From Pavona decussata (lineage: Eukaryota), in contig CDRNST010000025.1 in assembly GCA_977016875.1 (NCBI GenBank), positions 2,976,001 to 3,040,000 of the forward strand: a stretch of 64,000 nt of DNA. The letters are read 5' to 3'. This document shows, one piece after another, positions 11,155 to 23,404 of the stretch. Each line of letters begins with the position of its first letter. Within the stretch, counting starts at the first letter, position 1. Both the position numbers and the translations under genes were made by a program. Below the pieces are notes generated by a model. That model was not told the origin of the DNA, ran no database searches, and saw nothing but the letters and a program-made list of their open reading frames with translations.

Positions 11155-12287
11155 AGGGACTGTCACTTAAGCGCATGCGCCAACTCCTCAAAATCGAAAC
11201 TTGAAAAGTTCAGGCTGCCTTTTTCAAGTTTGAATTGCCAATTTCAAAATTGCGTCGACTAGTGGCGGCGGTCACGGTGGAAAACGGAGAAACTCGGCGA
11301 CAAAAAGGCGTTTTAGAGAAGAGATCGAAATAGGACGAGGCTGGAAACTTAGGAATAAAAGTATATTCAGTCGTGCTTTGAGGTATAACACTTCTTACAA
11401 GATACTGATTTGCGGAAATTTGTGGTCGACGATCGACGGTTGTTTGTACAGTTTGTTTGAACGTGAATGAGGCTTTTCTTCTCATTTGTCCTCTTCACAA
11501 TTAATTCAAAAATGGTCGATTTGAAGACTCTTGACCTACAAATCGTCATTTGCAGATACATAGATCTACAATCCCATAGCAATCAAATAGTGTGTTGAGC
11601 TAAGCAACCCGCTTAGGTATTTTGAAAAAAAATAATTTTTGTGCGAGAGGTTAGCACAGTGTACTAAAAATATATTTGGTTTACATTAAATCCAACTAAA
11701 TCATCGCTTTCACAGCTGATGAATTTTCTATTTTCGGAGCTTTCAAATGGCGTCTCAAACAGAGCAGTATTTTGAGACATGTTGGACAAAAAATATTTAT
11801 TGATTTATGTCAGACTTTTGCAGTGTACTGAGAGTGGAATTACTAACGGATCAAAATCGGTTCCTGTTGTGTTACAAATGAATGAAGCCGGTAAATGGCG
11901 AGTGAAACGGCTTATTTAACGTCTCCTTTGCCCTCCAAATCAGCGTATAAAAATGAAACTACATTCTCTTAGCTTTCAAATTACCTACTAGACTTAACAA
12001 TTTGTGGAAATATATAAGGGAAAATAATTTCTTTGAGTCTTATTTACGTGGGAGGTTAGCAAATTAATTGTGTCAATACCAACCCTGTGTGATTACCGGC
12101 GCGGGATGGCGTGACAACCAAAAGTTGACTGAGTGAAACACAGCGTATTTTCTGGGCTGTTGCACGTCTCTTGACTTCAAAACCATCGATTTGCAGCAAA
12201 TAAATTTGGCGAATAACATAATTACGCAGTCCGAGAGAGTTTCTAAGAGAGAGCAGTACTGCGCATGTCATCTCGTGACAGCCTCTA
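11155..12287. mobile_element. Probable non-autonomous TTAA-type (Kolobok-like) DNA element, degenerate right end
   Basis: Left ttaa|AGGGACTGTCAC..GCGCATG; right GCGCATGTCATCTCGTGACAGCCTCT is an imperfect inverse. Confidence 0.4.
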
Positions 12288-12335
12288 TCTTTATTTTAAC
12301 ATTTAAAACATGATTATATTAAAATATAATATATA

Positions 12336-12344
12336 ATAAACAAA

Positions 12345-12383
<39 letters not shown>
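12336..12383. repeat. (TAAA)n microsatellite
   Basis: Direct reading. Confidence 0.9.
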
Positions 12384-12786
12384 CTGTAAGAGGCATTTAT
12401 TACAGCAACAAAAACTAAATAAGGATCAGTTGATTTCATGTTTATGTTTTATACCATTTTATATGCTACGTTTTTATTTACTCCTTCAACAATGTAAGCC
12501 ATAAACGAATTTCCTTTGTGTAACTTATCTTTATGCATACAACTATTGCTTCTATTTTTTCTTGTTCTGCATTTCGGCGTACATTTTTTTTAACTTCCCC
12601 TTCATGATACGAAATAACACTGTTGTCACACAACTAACATCAAGTTTATGAGTTAAGAAATTGTTTCGCTGTCCAACAAACGTTCCAATTTAGTTCCTGT
12701 TTAACACATGTTGCATGATTACTTATACTGTACATATTAATTCGAAGTAAAAGAAAAAAAAATAAAGAAAGCATCTTTTTTCCACC

Positions 12787-13700
12787 TTAACTGACGGTGA
12801 TGCGCAGTATTTTTTCACTGTGCTTTTCATAATTTGACGAATTTCTCGATATCGCCAGTAGTAAACTAAATGATTGACGACGAATTGAGAAGAAGGAAGA
12901 AAAAAGACACGTAATCAGCCAACCACAAAGAAATTTGAGTATGGTCTGTTGTTAACAAAGTTGCAGAGCAAAAATGCGGGAGATAACATGCGACAAAATT
13001 ACGTAGAAATGCACAGCGTTGAAAGCGGCCTTTTCCTCCCGAAATAGTTCCATTGCCTGCGCATTTTGATGCTGAAGTTGGCTGTAGATTTGATTCTGAT
13101 AATGTCTTACAGCTCTGTAAATATGATGTACGCAACTGTTGTCAAGAAAAATCCAACAAATTCACAAATAACAAGTACAATTGCGCTGTAAGTATTAACA
13201 GCTACGAAAAGGGAAGCAGCAACAACGCTTCGGATCCATATTGATACCAAGGTTGTTACGACGCGCTTTGAAGTGACAAGTTCCTGGTATCGTAGATGAA
13301 GATTAAAAGCGAGGAGTCCATCGACAGCGATGGCGGCTACATTCAGAAATGATGCGCAAGCGAGACGAGATAAAAAGAAACCACAAACAGTTAAAACTGT
13401 TGGACAGAGTAATTCAAAGTCATGTCCTCCCTCCGCTGCCATCTTCAACACCACTACGTACATTAACTGGGCGAACAATCCCACGGCAAGATCAGAGACA
13501 GCAAGACTCAGGAACAATTTCTTTACATTAGCGGGAATCGATGAGGCTTTTAACAGGGCGCGAATAGCAAGAATATTTCCAAACGTTGCCACGGGAGAAA
13601 AAATAAAGTGTATTACACACAGTAAGAGCAGGGTAGTCCTGTAAAACGGAACAAGTTGTCCAAGTCCCTTCAAATGGTAACTGCAGAACTCTTCGGCCAT
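12787..13700 (-). pseudogene. GPCR copy B, frameshifted
   Basis: 197-aa ORF diverges after TM5 (VAYIIFTEL), DRL is changed to DGL, and the TM6-7 remnant is in another frame (12866-13135). Confidence 0.9.
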
Positions 13701-14199
13701 GGTGAATTTAATGATTCAGATCCAGCGATATGTTTCACGGAAGCCAGGAATCCAAAGCGCTGCAAGAGTACTCTTAGTTTTTGATAGAATCAACCTCATT
13801 CCATCTTAGAGAGGAAGAAGTAGTTTAAGCGACGAGGGTTTGTACTCCACTTTTAGCAGAGAACCGGTAATCAGAATACAATGGGCTAAAAACAAAACAA
13901 CAACAAAAAAAAAAGACGTAAAACTGTGTGTTGCGCAGTCAGCTTTGTCGCCAACAGTTTTGTCGGTTACTTATTAACACTAGTGTGGTGACGGTTGACA
14001 CGACAAAACCATTATATTGACGTTTCCATTGATACAAATTTGTTTTTTCGCCTAATTGTATTCAAAGCGACATTAAAAAGTAGCTAACATTGACATCTAT
14101 CGGCCTACGGCAAAACTATTGTAGACAATACAAAACAAGGAAAGGAAGATAGAAGGTGAAAAAACATTGAAATTTCCTAGCCTTATACCTTTTGTGAGA

Positions 14200-15030
14200 A
14201 CGGTCAACTGCTTTACGCAACATTTATTCCCACGTTCTTCAAAGGATTGAGGAAATGGGGAAAATTCGTGACATGTTAATAAAAAACGGGTATCCCAAAA
14301 AGAAGGAAATGTCAAAAAGAAATTAATTCTATTATAGCACGACTTCGGAATTGACATTTTAGAGATTAAGTAGATAATAGCAATAACGGTCAACTGCCTT
14401 ACGCAACAGTTTTTTTCCCAGGTCCTTCACCGGATTGATAACCTGGGGAAAATTGGTGACATGTTATTGAAAAACGGGTATCCCAAAAAGAAGAAAATCT
14501 CAGAAAACAAATTAATTCTATTATAGCGCGATTTCGTAATTGACATACAGCTATTTCAATTAACGTTGTCGGTTCAAAGCATAAAGCTAAAAGACAAGAC
14601 CGAAAGTTTACGTGGGATTTTTATGAATCAATTTATCAAAATCAGTCATGCCTGGAGAAAACAAAAGGTTGTAATTAGCAGTACAATGACCTGTACGTGC
14701 AGGGATGATTTTGATGAAATTATTCACAAAAAATAATCCCACAAAACATTGCGGTCTTGTCTTTTAGCTTTTTTAATCCGACAACGTTTATTAAAATAGC
14801 TGTATAAGAGATAAACTTTTTAATCACAATAAAGACCAACTGCCTTACGCAACATTTATTCCCAGGTTTTTCACCGGATTGAGAAAATGGGGAAAATTCG
14901 TGACATGTTAATAAAAAACGGGTAACCCAAAAAGGAGGAAATGTCAAAAACAAATTAATTCTATTATATATAGCACGACTTCATAATTGGCATTTAAGAA
15001 AATAAGTAACTAATCGCAATAACGACGAAG
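14200..15030. repeat. ~186-bp tandem repeat, 3 copies (interrupted between copies 2 and 3)
   Basis: Unit caactgccttacgcaacatttattcccagg...aaattaattctattatagc. Also 2x at ~21305-21680, 3x at ~47025-47585, and single in other units. Confidence 0.85.
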
Positions 15031-15074
15031 GCAAAACTACCATATGCGACATACGTCACATTTTGACATGTTGA

Positions 15075-15806
15075 CCATCAATGGAAAGTTTGTCGATCGG
15101 TATCGGAATTGCTGAGCTTCAATGCTCATTTTTGAGTTTTTCCACTGATTTGAAAGTTTTGCAATCATTCTTAGTTTTTAAGAAGATCTTCATACCCTCA
15201 GTTTATTCTTGGGCCCGATTATCCCCCATACTTGAGCACCAGTTCCCTATCACAGAACCTTATAAAAAGCGCACTTGGTATTTTTCCTTTCAACCACTTT
15301 CTTTCAGCCTTTGGCCCCTCTGATGCACGAGTTAAAATTCGACACCTTTATGTTAGCATCTCTTTTGTATTTTCCATCTCAAGTATAGCTTTGATTGTTC
15401 TCAGTTTTTTTAATTTCAAATTTTCCTGTCAACGGCGAGCTTTCTGTGTATGTCGCCCACGTTGTCTTAGGCTTCATCAGTTGGTCTACGAATTAACAAT
15501 TTTCTCCATCGAAGAGAACTTGTCGTCAGAAGTTTATGTTTTAATTCAAGCTTGTTCTTCCTCTAAACATGTCACCTTGCGTTGAAGTTCTTTTACTGAA
15601 AATTAAGTTCTTCCATTTTAGTCTTCAGGTCGGATAACCTAGATATCACTAAAATCAATTTTGCTACCGGGGTCTTCCATGACCATATCTCAGTGGCCAG
15701 ATGTTTTAGCCGAAGAAAACGACTTTTTAAATCTCTTCTGCATTGGAGAAGACTCCGCCGAACTGATCGAAGAAAAAGTATGTCTCGGTCCTTCCTGTTT
15801 GGTGTG
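15075..15806 (-). pseudogene. Decayed LINE ORF1p-like sequence downstream of GPCR copy C
   Basis: Homologous to the 27075-27814 copy. Confidence 0.6.
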
Positions 15807-15922
15807 AAAAATGACCATCCTTCAAACTTGACGTCAGGTTAACGGAGCTTCGCCCCATTCAATCCATTTAGCTTAAAAACGCACGATGCAAATTCGAATT
15901 AACAATGGATCTTTATTCCATC

Positions 15923-16808
15923 TTAATTCTCGGTGATGCAGAATATTTTTTCACTGTGCTTTTAATAATTTGACGAATTTCTCGATATCGCCAGCAGTAA
16001 ACTACAGGATTTAACGACGAATTGAGAAAACGAAAACGATTGAAGCGTGCAAAGCAAACCAAAAAGAAATTTGAGAGCTATCCGTTATCAACAATGTTAT
16101 AGAGCAAACATTCGGAAGATAACATGCCACAAAAATTACATAGAAATGTACAGCGTTGGAAGCGGCCTTTTTCTCCCGGAAGAGGTCCATTACTTGCGCA
16201 TTTTGATGCTGAAGTTGACTGTGGATTTGACTCTGATGATGTCTTACAGCTCTGTAAATATGAATGTACGCAATGGCGCCGTACGCAATGGCGCCGTGAG
16301 TATTAAAACCTACGAAAAGGGAAGCAGCAACAACACTTGCGATCCATACTGATATTAAGGCTATAATGACGCCCTCTGAAGTAACCAGTTCCTGGTATCG
16401 TAGATGAAGAGTAATAGCGAGTAGTCTATCGACAGCAATGGCGGTTACATTCAGAAATGACGCGCCAGCGAGAAGAGATGAAAGGAAAGAACAAACAGTT
16501 AAAATTGTTGGACAGAGTAAGTCGAAGTTATGACCTCCATCCGCTGCCATCCTTAACACAACTGCGTACATTAACTGGGCGAACAATCCCACGGCAAGAT
16601 CAGAGAAAGCAAGACTCAGGAAGAACTTCTTTATATTAGCGGGTATCAATGAGGCTTCCCACAGGGCGCGAAGAACAAGAATATTTCCAACCGTTGCCAC
16701 CGGAGAAAAAATAAAGTGTAATACACACAATGATTGCAGGGTAGTCCTGTCAAACTGAACAAGTTTTCCAAGTCCCTTCAAATAGTAGCTGCAGAACTCT
16801 TCAGCCAT
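15923..16808 (-). pseudogene. GPCR copy C, TM5 deletion plus C-terminal frameshift
   Basis: TM5 is replaced by a 15-bp tandem duplication (HGAIAYGAIAY). TM7 frameshifts before NSSLNP. Confidence 0.88.
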
Positions 16809-17355
16809 GGTGAACTTAATAATTCAGATTTGGCGATGTGTTTTGTAATGAAATGTGCCCTAATTTGTTTATAATTACTAAACTCCAATGTCATAACCGA
16901 CAGCTGTAAGCTGGCTGCATGAAAGAAGAAATTAACGCAATCGTATATCGCGTTTTGTTTTATATAATATGAAATTATTTAGCGCTTTATTGACTTAAAG
17001 CCATATTTTCTATATCTCTGTGCAAACACGGTAAATTTTTGCCGGTTATTTGAAAAAGCAAAAATAATTAGTTTCGTGCGTGTTTCTATAAAATTGAAGG
17101 AACGCTCCTTGGAATAAACAGTTGTTGACGATTCCTGTTTCAACAACAGATTCTACTGCATCCAAAAACATGTTGTTTGTCTGTAAGTTCTCCCTTCAAA
17201 CTTAGTGACTGATATTATGGGCGGAATTGCGGCAGATAAACCAGTGATGATGAAAGGGTCGACATCGAAACATGTCTTAAATTCGATTTAAAACCTGCCA
17301 TCTTTTTTTTAAATAGAGAATACTATTTTTTTCCCTACCGATGCAAGTAAAGGTT

Positions 17356-18349
17356 CAAGCAATAGAGGACTTTTTGCGTGTTTACATAGCCTCATCTAAA
17401 CACGAGGGGATTTGGGAGAATTCGTGACAGTTTTTTTCCCAACCCCCCGAGTATTTAGATGAGGCTATGTTATCACGGGAATAAAGTCCTCTATTGCTTT
17501 TACAAAATATTTCTAAAAAAATAATTCGACAATTGAAGGGAAATTTCGTTTATTTATTTATTTTTCTCCGTACACGCTGGACATTAATATTTGCTACTAG
17601 CCAATGAAAACGTGCACATGACAATACATGAACCAATCAAAATTTGCGTTATAAAAGTCAAAATCAATTAAGTTGAAATTTGTGGCAAGCGTCAGCGAGC
17701 ACCGTGTGGATGACGACGATTTCAGCTTTGAATTCTCGTAGATCTTACAGAAAAATACCGAATATTCGGCGAACTAGCGGAAATGTTCAAAATATACGAT
17801 TCTTTAAGGAAAGAACTTCAAGGTGAGGAGTTTATTTAAGCTGAAAATGAATGTCACTGTGCATGCTCGCTCTTGAAAGTTACGTGAACTTACCTGATGT
17901 GGCAACCTGAGATGGCTGTTTTAGTTTACATTTTGTGAATGAAGAATGTCTTTTAGAGAATTTTGTGGTATTCAGATGCAAAAATTACCTTGAAAAACGT
18001 TTACTGCGTATTTGTTGCATATTTTGTCGTCTTCACTTGAGCTCCCTCGACGAGGTCGTCTAGCGAGGGATGCAAAGCGCTGTGGTTCTTCTTTCTTTTG
18101 CTTTTTTTTTCCTCGGGATCAGGGGGGAGGAGATAGGCAGACCCCGAGTACAATTTTTGGGAAATTTGTCTCCATTTCCTTAACAGTTGTACTTGAAATT
18201 ACTTTGCGAGTCTTACAAAAGCATTGAAATGTTTTCAAATTGTGCCGGATGACACAGAAAGCGTGACGTCACCACCGTGTTTAAATACTCTAATCTAAAC
18301 ACACCTTTCGACCAATGAGAGCACGCGTACTATCTCAAATATTTTATAA
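17356..18349. mobile_element. Non-autonomous insertion with a long terminal hairpin (family uncertain, Crypton-like architecture)
   Basis: Interrupts the conserved aaaggt|gattatgtaagg unit sequence. ~50-bp imperfect inverted arms at 17357-17404 and 17451-17499. Confidence 0.55.
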
Positions 18350-19965
18350 GTGATTATGTAAGGTTAATGACCCTTTTTTGACAATTTTCATAACATGCCT
18401 CTTTTAAAATTGACTCCTGTATCAGGTCATTATACCGCTCGCCTCAATGAATACGTCAGTCATGGACATGTTTATCGTCGAGCATCTGCTTCTTTTGTCA
18501 CTCATGGGGCTTCTGTGGAATCACTCACGTTCGCCTAGTGACTCCATAAAGTTGAAGTTTTTCTAGGCCACAGGCGTGTATCTGAGAACTTAAAATCGAT
18601 CATTTGTTCGCTAAATAAAGGGCAAGTATCCCGAGCATCAATGAAAGGCTATGTGAAGAATCAATATTAATGTTGCTTCCAATTGGTCTTATTTTTTTTT
18701 TACTAAGTCATGTATACAAAAAAAGAAAACATCCTTCCAAAAGCAATCCTTAATTTGGTGGAATCAGAACTAATTTGACGGATTTTGAAAAAAAAAAAAA
18801 AAAAAAAAAAAGAAATCCTAAAGCTGCTAAGTCAGATATGCAAATCAGTCCGTATATGTTCTGCTCATGTGCGGTAAGGCCACAGAAATTATGCAGAAAA
18901 ACAGTGTTATTTTCATAACAATTTAATGGCGGCCACATTAAATTTAAATTCGAAGCCAGGTTTACAAAAGAACGAAAAAGGCAAATTTTGTAATGATAAA
19001 AAGAACGTAACCACAGATAGTGACAAGAGCTCCTGGTTCCATCGATAATGAACTTCACAAAACGGAGCAGAATCGAGAAAGGAACAACGCGGTGCTCCAA
19101 TTTCCTTAAGTTTTGACCATTGCTGGCTATAATACGCGTACTGAGAGGCAAAACAGGGAAGTCTAAACCGCTATGCGTTTCTCGAAAATTTCAATAGATT
19201 GTTTTGTTACGAGTCTCTGCAGGAAGTACCTACGTCCATTTGTCAGCGGTGTGATCTCGTTGATAACTGCTGTAAGAAGGTCTGAAAAGTATTCAAATCA
19301 GTTTTTGGTGGCTTAAAACTCAGGGTTTGTGTTAGGATTACTTCCTGCATATACAAATTAAGTAATAGGCTATCTCGATTTATCAAATGTTCCTCACACA
19401 TTATATATTAATACACCAAAGCTTGTCAGGCTTTTGCCAAATTCAAAATGGCTTTCTAATGCATATCGTCCCGAATCGTGACAGTGATCGAGGAATATTC
19501 CATTGTCAAAATTTACAAAGAAATTCCTCAATAACCAATGGGAATCCAGTTTTTTTGGATGCCTGGCATTAACATGAGGGCTGGTAATTCAGTAGAAGCA
19601 CACATATCATTTTGCGTTTCATGGCTTGCGCTCGGCCTCGAAAGCAAAACTTTAAAAGTAGCGTGGTTTGAGATTTTAAAGTTTATTTAGTCTTCAGTGA
19701 TATAGAGTTTTCCAGTTTTTCTATGAAACAACGCGAAAATACATTTTTTTTTCTGAACACCTGCGAAGGATTGGCATATTATTACTACTGTATACAACAA
19801 TTGAATAGTAACCGAGCATTCTTAATGGGATCTTTGTTGTTTAACGTTGGACTGTCACGGAAATTTCCTGTCTACTTTAAGACCAAAAACTTCCCAAATA
19901 CGTGACAAAGTAACCTTTTTCTGACATGAAACTCCCCATAATGAGCATTGGGAGCGGAGTAATAA

Positions 19966-20456
19966 TCTTATCTAGGCCAGGCTTTTTTTTTCTCTTCTGG
20001 TACCCGGGAATGGGGGAGTGATGATGTCATATGACGTGCTTATTACGTCATTATTTCTAATTAGCGGCGATCTTAGATAGCCATCTTTGATTTCTGGTTT
20101 TCCCTCAAACGTCTGGAGAGCGCCGACACTAAGCAAAAAATTGTCAAAACTGATAATAAAACACTTATATGACCTAAAGACACAAACGTTACACGAAGAG
20201 AAGTGTAGTTTCGTCAATTAAAAAGGTCTTTCTATTTCTAAAAAACAAAAAAGAAAAGAAAAAAGCCTGTGAAAAATTGTTTGCCATGGTATCATCAAAG
20301 TCAATGGACATTAACCGATCACTGCGCATTTTTGCCAGAGAAATTTCTAAATATTTCCTGAAGTTTCATGCCGTTGGCACAGACATTAAAATAGTTATTA
20401 AGGTTCCAAGCCGCCTCGGGCGATTCCGCCTCAGACCCCTAGGTCTAGATAGGGTT
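19966..20456. mobile_element. Old MITE shared with the 46 kb unit
   Basis: Ends tatctaggcc.../...ggtctagatagggtt. Homologous insertion at ~46136-46631, absent from the 26, 52 and 61 kb units. Confidence 0.55.
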
Positions 20457-20461
20457 GTTAA

Positions 20462-20912
20462 GGACGGTGCCTACTAACACCGAAGTATTTTAGTGCGGCT
20501 TATGACTATGCAGGAACAACATATCTTAGCAAGGCCTCTTGGAATCCAAAAAGAAAATTGGCGGTAACCACGCATTTTTCAGAGATAATTAAGCAATAAT
20601 ATCTTTAAAAAGCGCCAAAATATAAAGCAATGTATGAAATTTTTTTCCTAAATTGAAGTTTAATTATCTCTGAAAAATGCATGGTTACCCCTAATTTTCC
20701 ATTGAGATACCAAAAGCACTTGCTAAGTTCTGCTTTCCCCGTATAGTGTTAAACCGCGCAAAATTATCCCTCTATTACTTGGCACCACCCATAGGAAACC
20801 CGAGTATCTCAACATGCGCAGAACGTATGCGCAGTAAAAATAGTTGGCACCGTCCTTAAAGTGTCTCGAGATGCGCAGAACTTATGCGCAGTAAAAATAG
20901 TAGGCACCATCC
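20462..20912. mobile_element. TTAA-TSD MITE (Kolobok-like) with duplicated right end
   Basis: ttaa|GGACGGTGCCTACTA ... TAGTTGGCACCGTCC|ttaa (20855) and again TAGTAGGCACCATCC|ttaa (20912). Empty site at ~46630. Confidence 0.8.
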
Positions 20913-21727
20913 TTAAAGTGATTTCTCTCAGGAAGGACAAACTATATTTACCCAGTTTTTTAGTGGTTCCTTCAAAATAAGCAGGAACAACTCCAAAAAC
21001 TGGCCAGTTTATTCAAGTTACGATCCATTTTAATTCTAGCCATCTGCAACCAAGGATACTTATTAACACTAGCTTCTGTGCACTAGTGGGGTGACGATTG
21101 AAACGACGCATCAATACATTGACGTTTTCAGAGATACAAATATGTTTTTCGCCTAATGGTATTCAAAACGACATTAAAAAGTAGCTGACATTTACGTCCA
21201 TCGGCCTACGGAAGAACTACTGTAGACAATGATTAACAAGAGAAGAAAGATAGCAGGCGAAAAAAAATTGAAATTCCCTAGCCTCATACCTATTGCGAGA
21301 ACGGTCAGCTGCCTTACGCAACATTTATTCCCAGGTCCTTCACCGGATTGACAAAATGGGGAAAATTCGTGACATGTTAATAAATAACGGGTAACCCAAA
21401 AAGACGGAAATGTCAAAAACAAATTAATTCTATTATAGCGAAACTTCGTAAATGACATTTTAGAGATTAACTAAATAATCTTAATAAAGACCGGCTGCGT
21501 TATTACTCAATATTTATTCCTAGGTCCTTCACCGGATTGACAAAATGGGGAAAATTCGTGACATGTTAATAAAAAACGGGTAACCCAAAAAAAAGGAAAT
21601 GTCAAAAACAAATTCATTCTATTATAGCGCGACTTGGTGATTGGCATTTAAGAGATTAACTAAAGAATCACAATAACGACCAAGATAAAGCTAACAGATG
21701 CGTTGTATTTCCCATTTTGACATATTT

Positions 21728-22368
21728 ACCATCAAAGAACAGTTTGTCGGCCTCGGAGTGGCTGAGTTTCAAGAAGTTTTAAGGAGATCCTCATACACAG
21801 TTTATTCTTGAGACCGGTTTTCAACCATAATTGTGCACCAGTTGTCTATCACAGAACCTTATAAAAAGCGCACTTGGTATTTTATCTTTCAACCACTTTC
21901 GTTCAGGCTTTAACCCCGTTCCGAAAGTCGAAAATTTTTGAGTTAGCACCTCTTCCTGTATTTTCCAATTCAAGTTAAGCTTTGGTAATTCCTTTTAATT
22001 TTAAATTTTCCTGTCGACTACAAGTCTCCAAACACAGCAGTTTCCTGTGTATGTCGTCGACGTTAAGGCTTTATCACTTTGTCTGCGAATTGACGGTTTT
22101 AATTCAGGTTCCTTCTTCCCCCAAACATGTCACCTCGCTGTGCAGTACATTTACTGCAAAATTCAGTTCTTTCATTTCAGTCATCAGGTCGGATAACTTA
22201 CATACTGTATCACTAAAATTAATTTTGCTACCGAGGTCTTCCATAACCATATCTCAGTTGTCAGATGTTTTAGGCGAAGAACACGACTCTTTAAATGTCT
22301 TGTCCACAGAGGAAGATTCCGCCCAACAGATCAAAAAAATAGTATTTCTCGATCCTTCCTTTTTGGTG
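21728..22368 (-). pseudogene. Decayed LINE ORF1p-like sequence downstream of GPCR copy D
   Basis: Translates to LETCSRQENLKLKGI and RFCDRQLV...YEDLL remnants. Confidence 0.62.
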
Positions 22369-22486
22369 TGCGAAATGATCTACGTTCAAATTCGACGTCA
22401 GGTTAACAGAGCTTTATGTTATTCAAGTCATTTAGCTTTATAAGTCCCAATGCAAATTCACATTAACAAGGCATCTTTATTCCATC

Positions 22487-23404
22487 TTAATTCTCGGTGA
22501 TGCAAATTATTTTATGCACTGTGCTTTTCATAATTTGACGAACTTCTCGATATCTCCAGCAGTAAACTACAGGATTTAACGACGAATTGAGAAGAACGAA
22601 GAAAAATGTGACGTACTCGGCCAACCAAAATGAACTTTGAGCGCGGTCTGTTGTTAAGAATATAGCAGAGCAGAAATATGGAAGATAACATGCGACGAAA
22701 ATTACGTAGAAGTACACAGTATTAAAAGCGGACTTTTTCTCACGGATTATTTCCCTTGCTTGCGCATTTTGATGTTGAAGTTGACTGTTCATTTGATTCT
22801 GATGATATCTTGCAACTCTGTAAATGCGAATGTACGCTACTGTTGTCAAGAGAATTCCAACAAATTCAATGATCACAACTACCAAAGCATTGTGTATATC
22901 AAGCGAAATGAACAGAGAAGCAGCGGAGCCACTTGTGAGCCATAATGATGCTAAGGCTATTATGATACGCTTTGAAGTGACAAGTTCCTGGTATCGTAGA
23001 TGAAGAGTAATAGCAAGGAGTCTATCGACAGCAATGGCGGTTACATTCAGAAACGACGTGCCAACGAGAAGAATTAAAGAGAAATAACAAACAGTTAAAA
23101 TTGTTGGACAGAGTAAGTCAAAGTTATGTCCTCCACTCGCTGCGACCCTCAACACCACTGCGAGCATTAACTGAGCGAATAATCCCACGGCAAGATCAGA
23201 GACAGCAAGACTCAGGAAAAACTTTTTTATATTAGCGGAAATCGATGAGGCTTTCAACAGGGCGCGAATAACAAGAATATTTCCAAACGTTGCCACGGGA
23301 GAAAAAATAAAGTTTAACACACACAACGAGTACACAGCAGTACCATGAAACTTAACAAGTTGTCCAAGTCCCTTCAAATTGTAATCGCAGAACTCTTCGG
23401 CCAT
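22487..23404 (-). CDS. Class A 7TM GPCR copy D, intact, 305 aa (adenosine/melanocortin-receptor-like orphan)
   Basis: GN (TM1), LSLAVSDL (TM2), AIAVDRLLAI-LHLRY (TM3), W (TM4), CYLP (TM6), NSSLNPVVY (TM7). Confidence 0.95.
   Translation of the reverse strand: MAEEFCDYNLKGLGQLVKFHGTAVYSLCVLNFIFSPVATFGNILVIRALLKASSISANIKKFFLSLAVSDLAVGLFAQLMLAVVLRVAASGGHNFDLLCPTILTVCYFSLILLVGTSFLNVTAIAVDRLLAITLHLRYQELVTSKRIIIALASLWLTSGSAASLFISLDIHNALVVVIIEFVGILLTTVAYIRIYRVARYHQNQMNSQLQHQNAQAREIIREKKSAFNTVYFYVIFVACYLPYFCSAIFLTTDRAQSSFWLAEYVTFFFVLLNSSLNPVVYCWRYREVRQIMKSTVHKIICITEN

Noticed and set aside
14200-15030. CRISPR-like array, or a coding ORF family (14097, 14720, 21192)
   Set aside because: Eukaryotic tandem repeat without unique spacers, and ORF ends are not conserved. 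A faint plus-strand KFPSLIPIARTVSCL resemblance to a hAT dimerisation domain is too weak to call.
22487-23404. Assigning ADORA, MCR or TAAR gene symbols
   Set aside because: Only generic class A similarity. Lineage-specific expansion precludes an orthology call.
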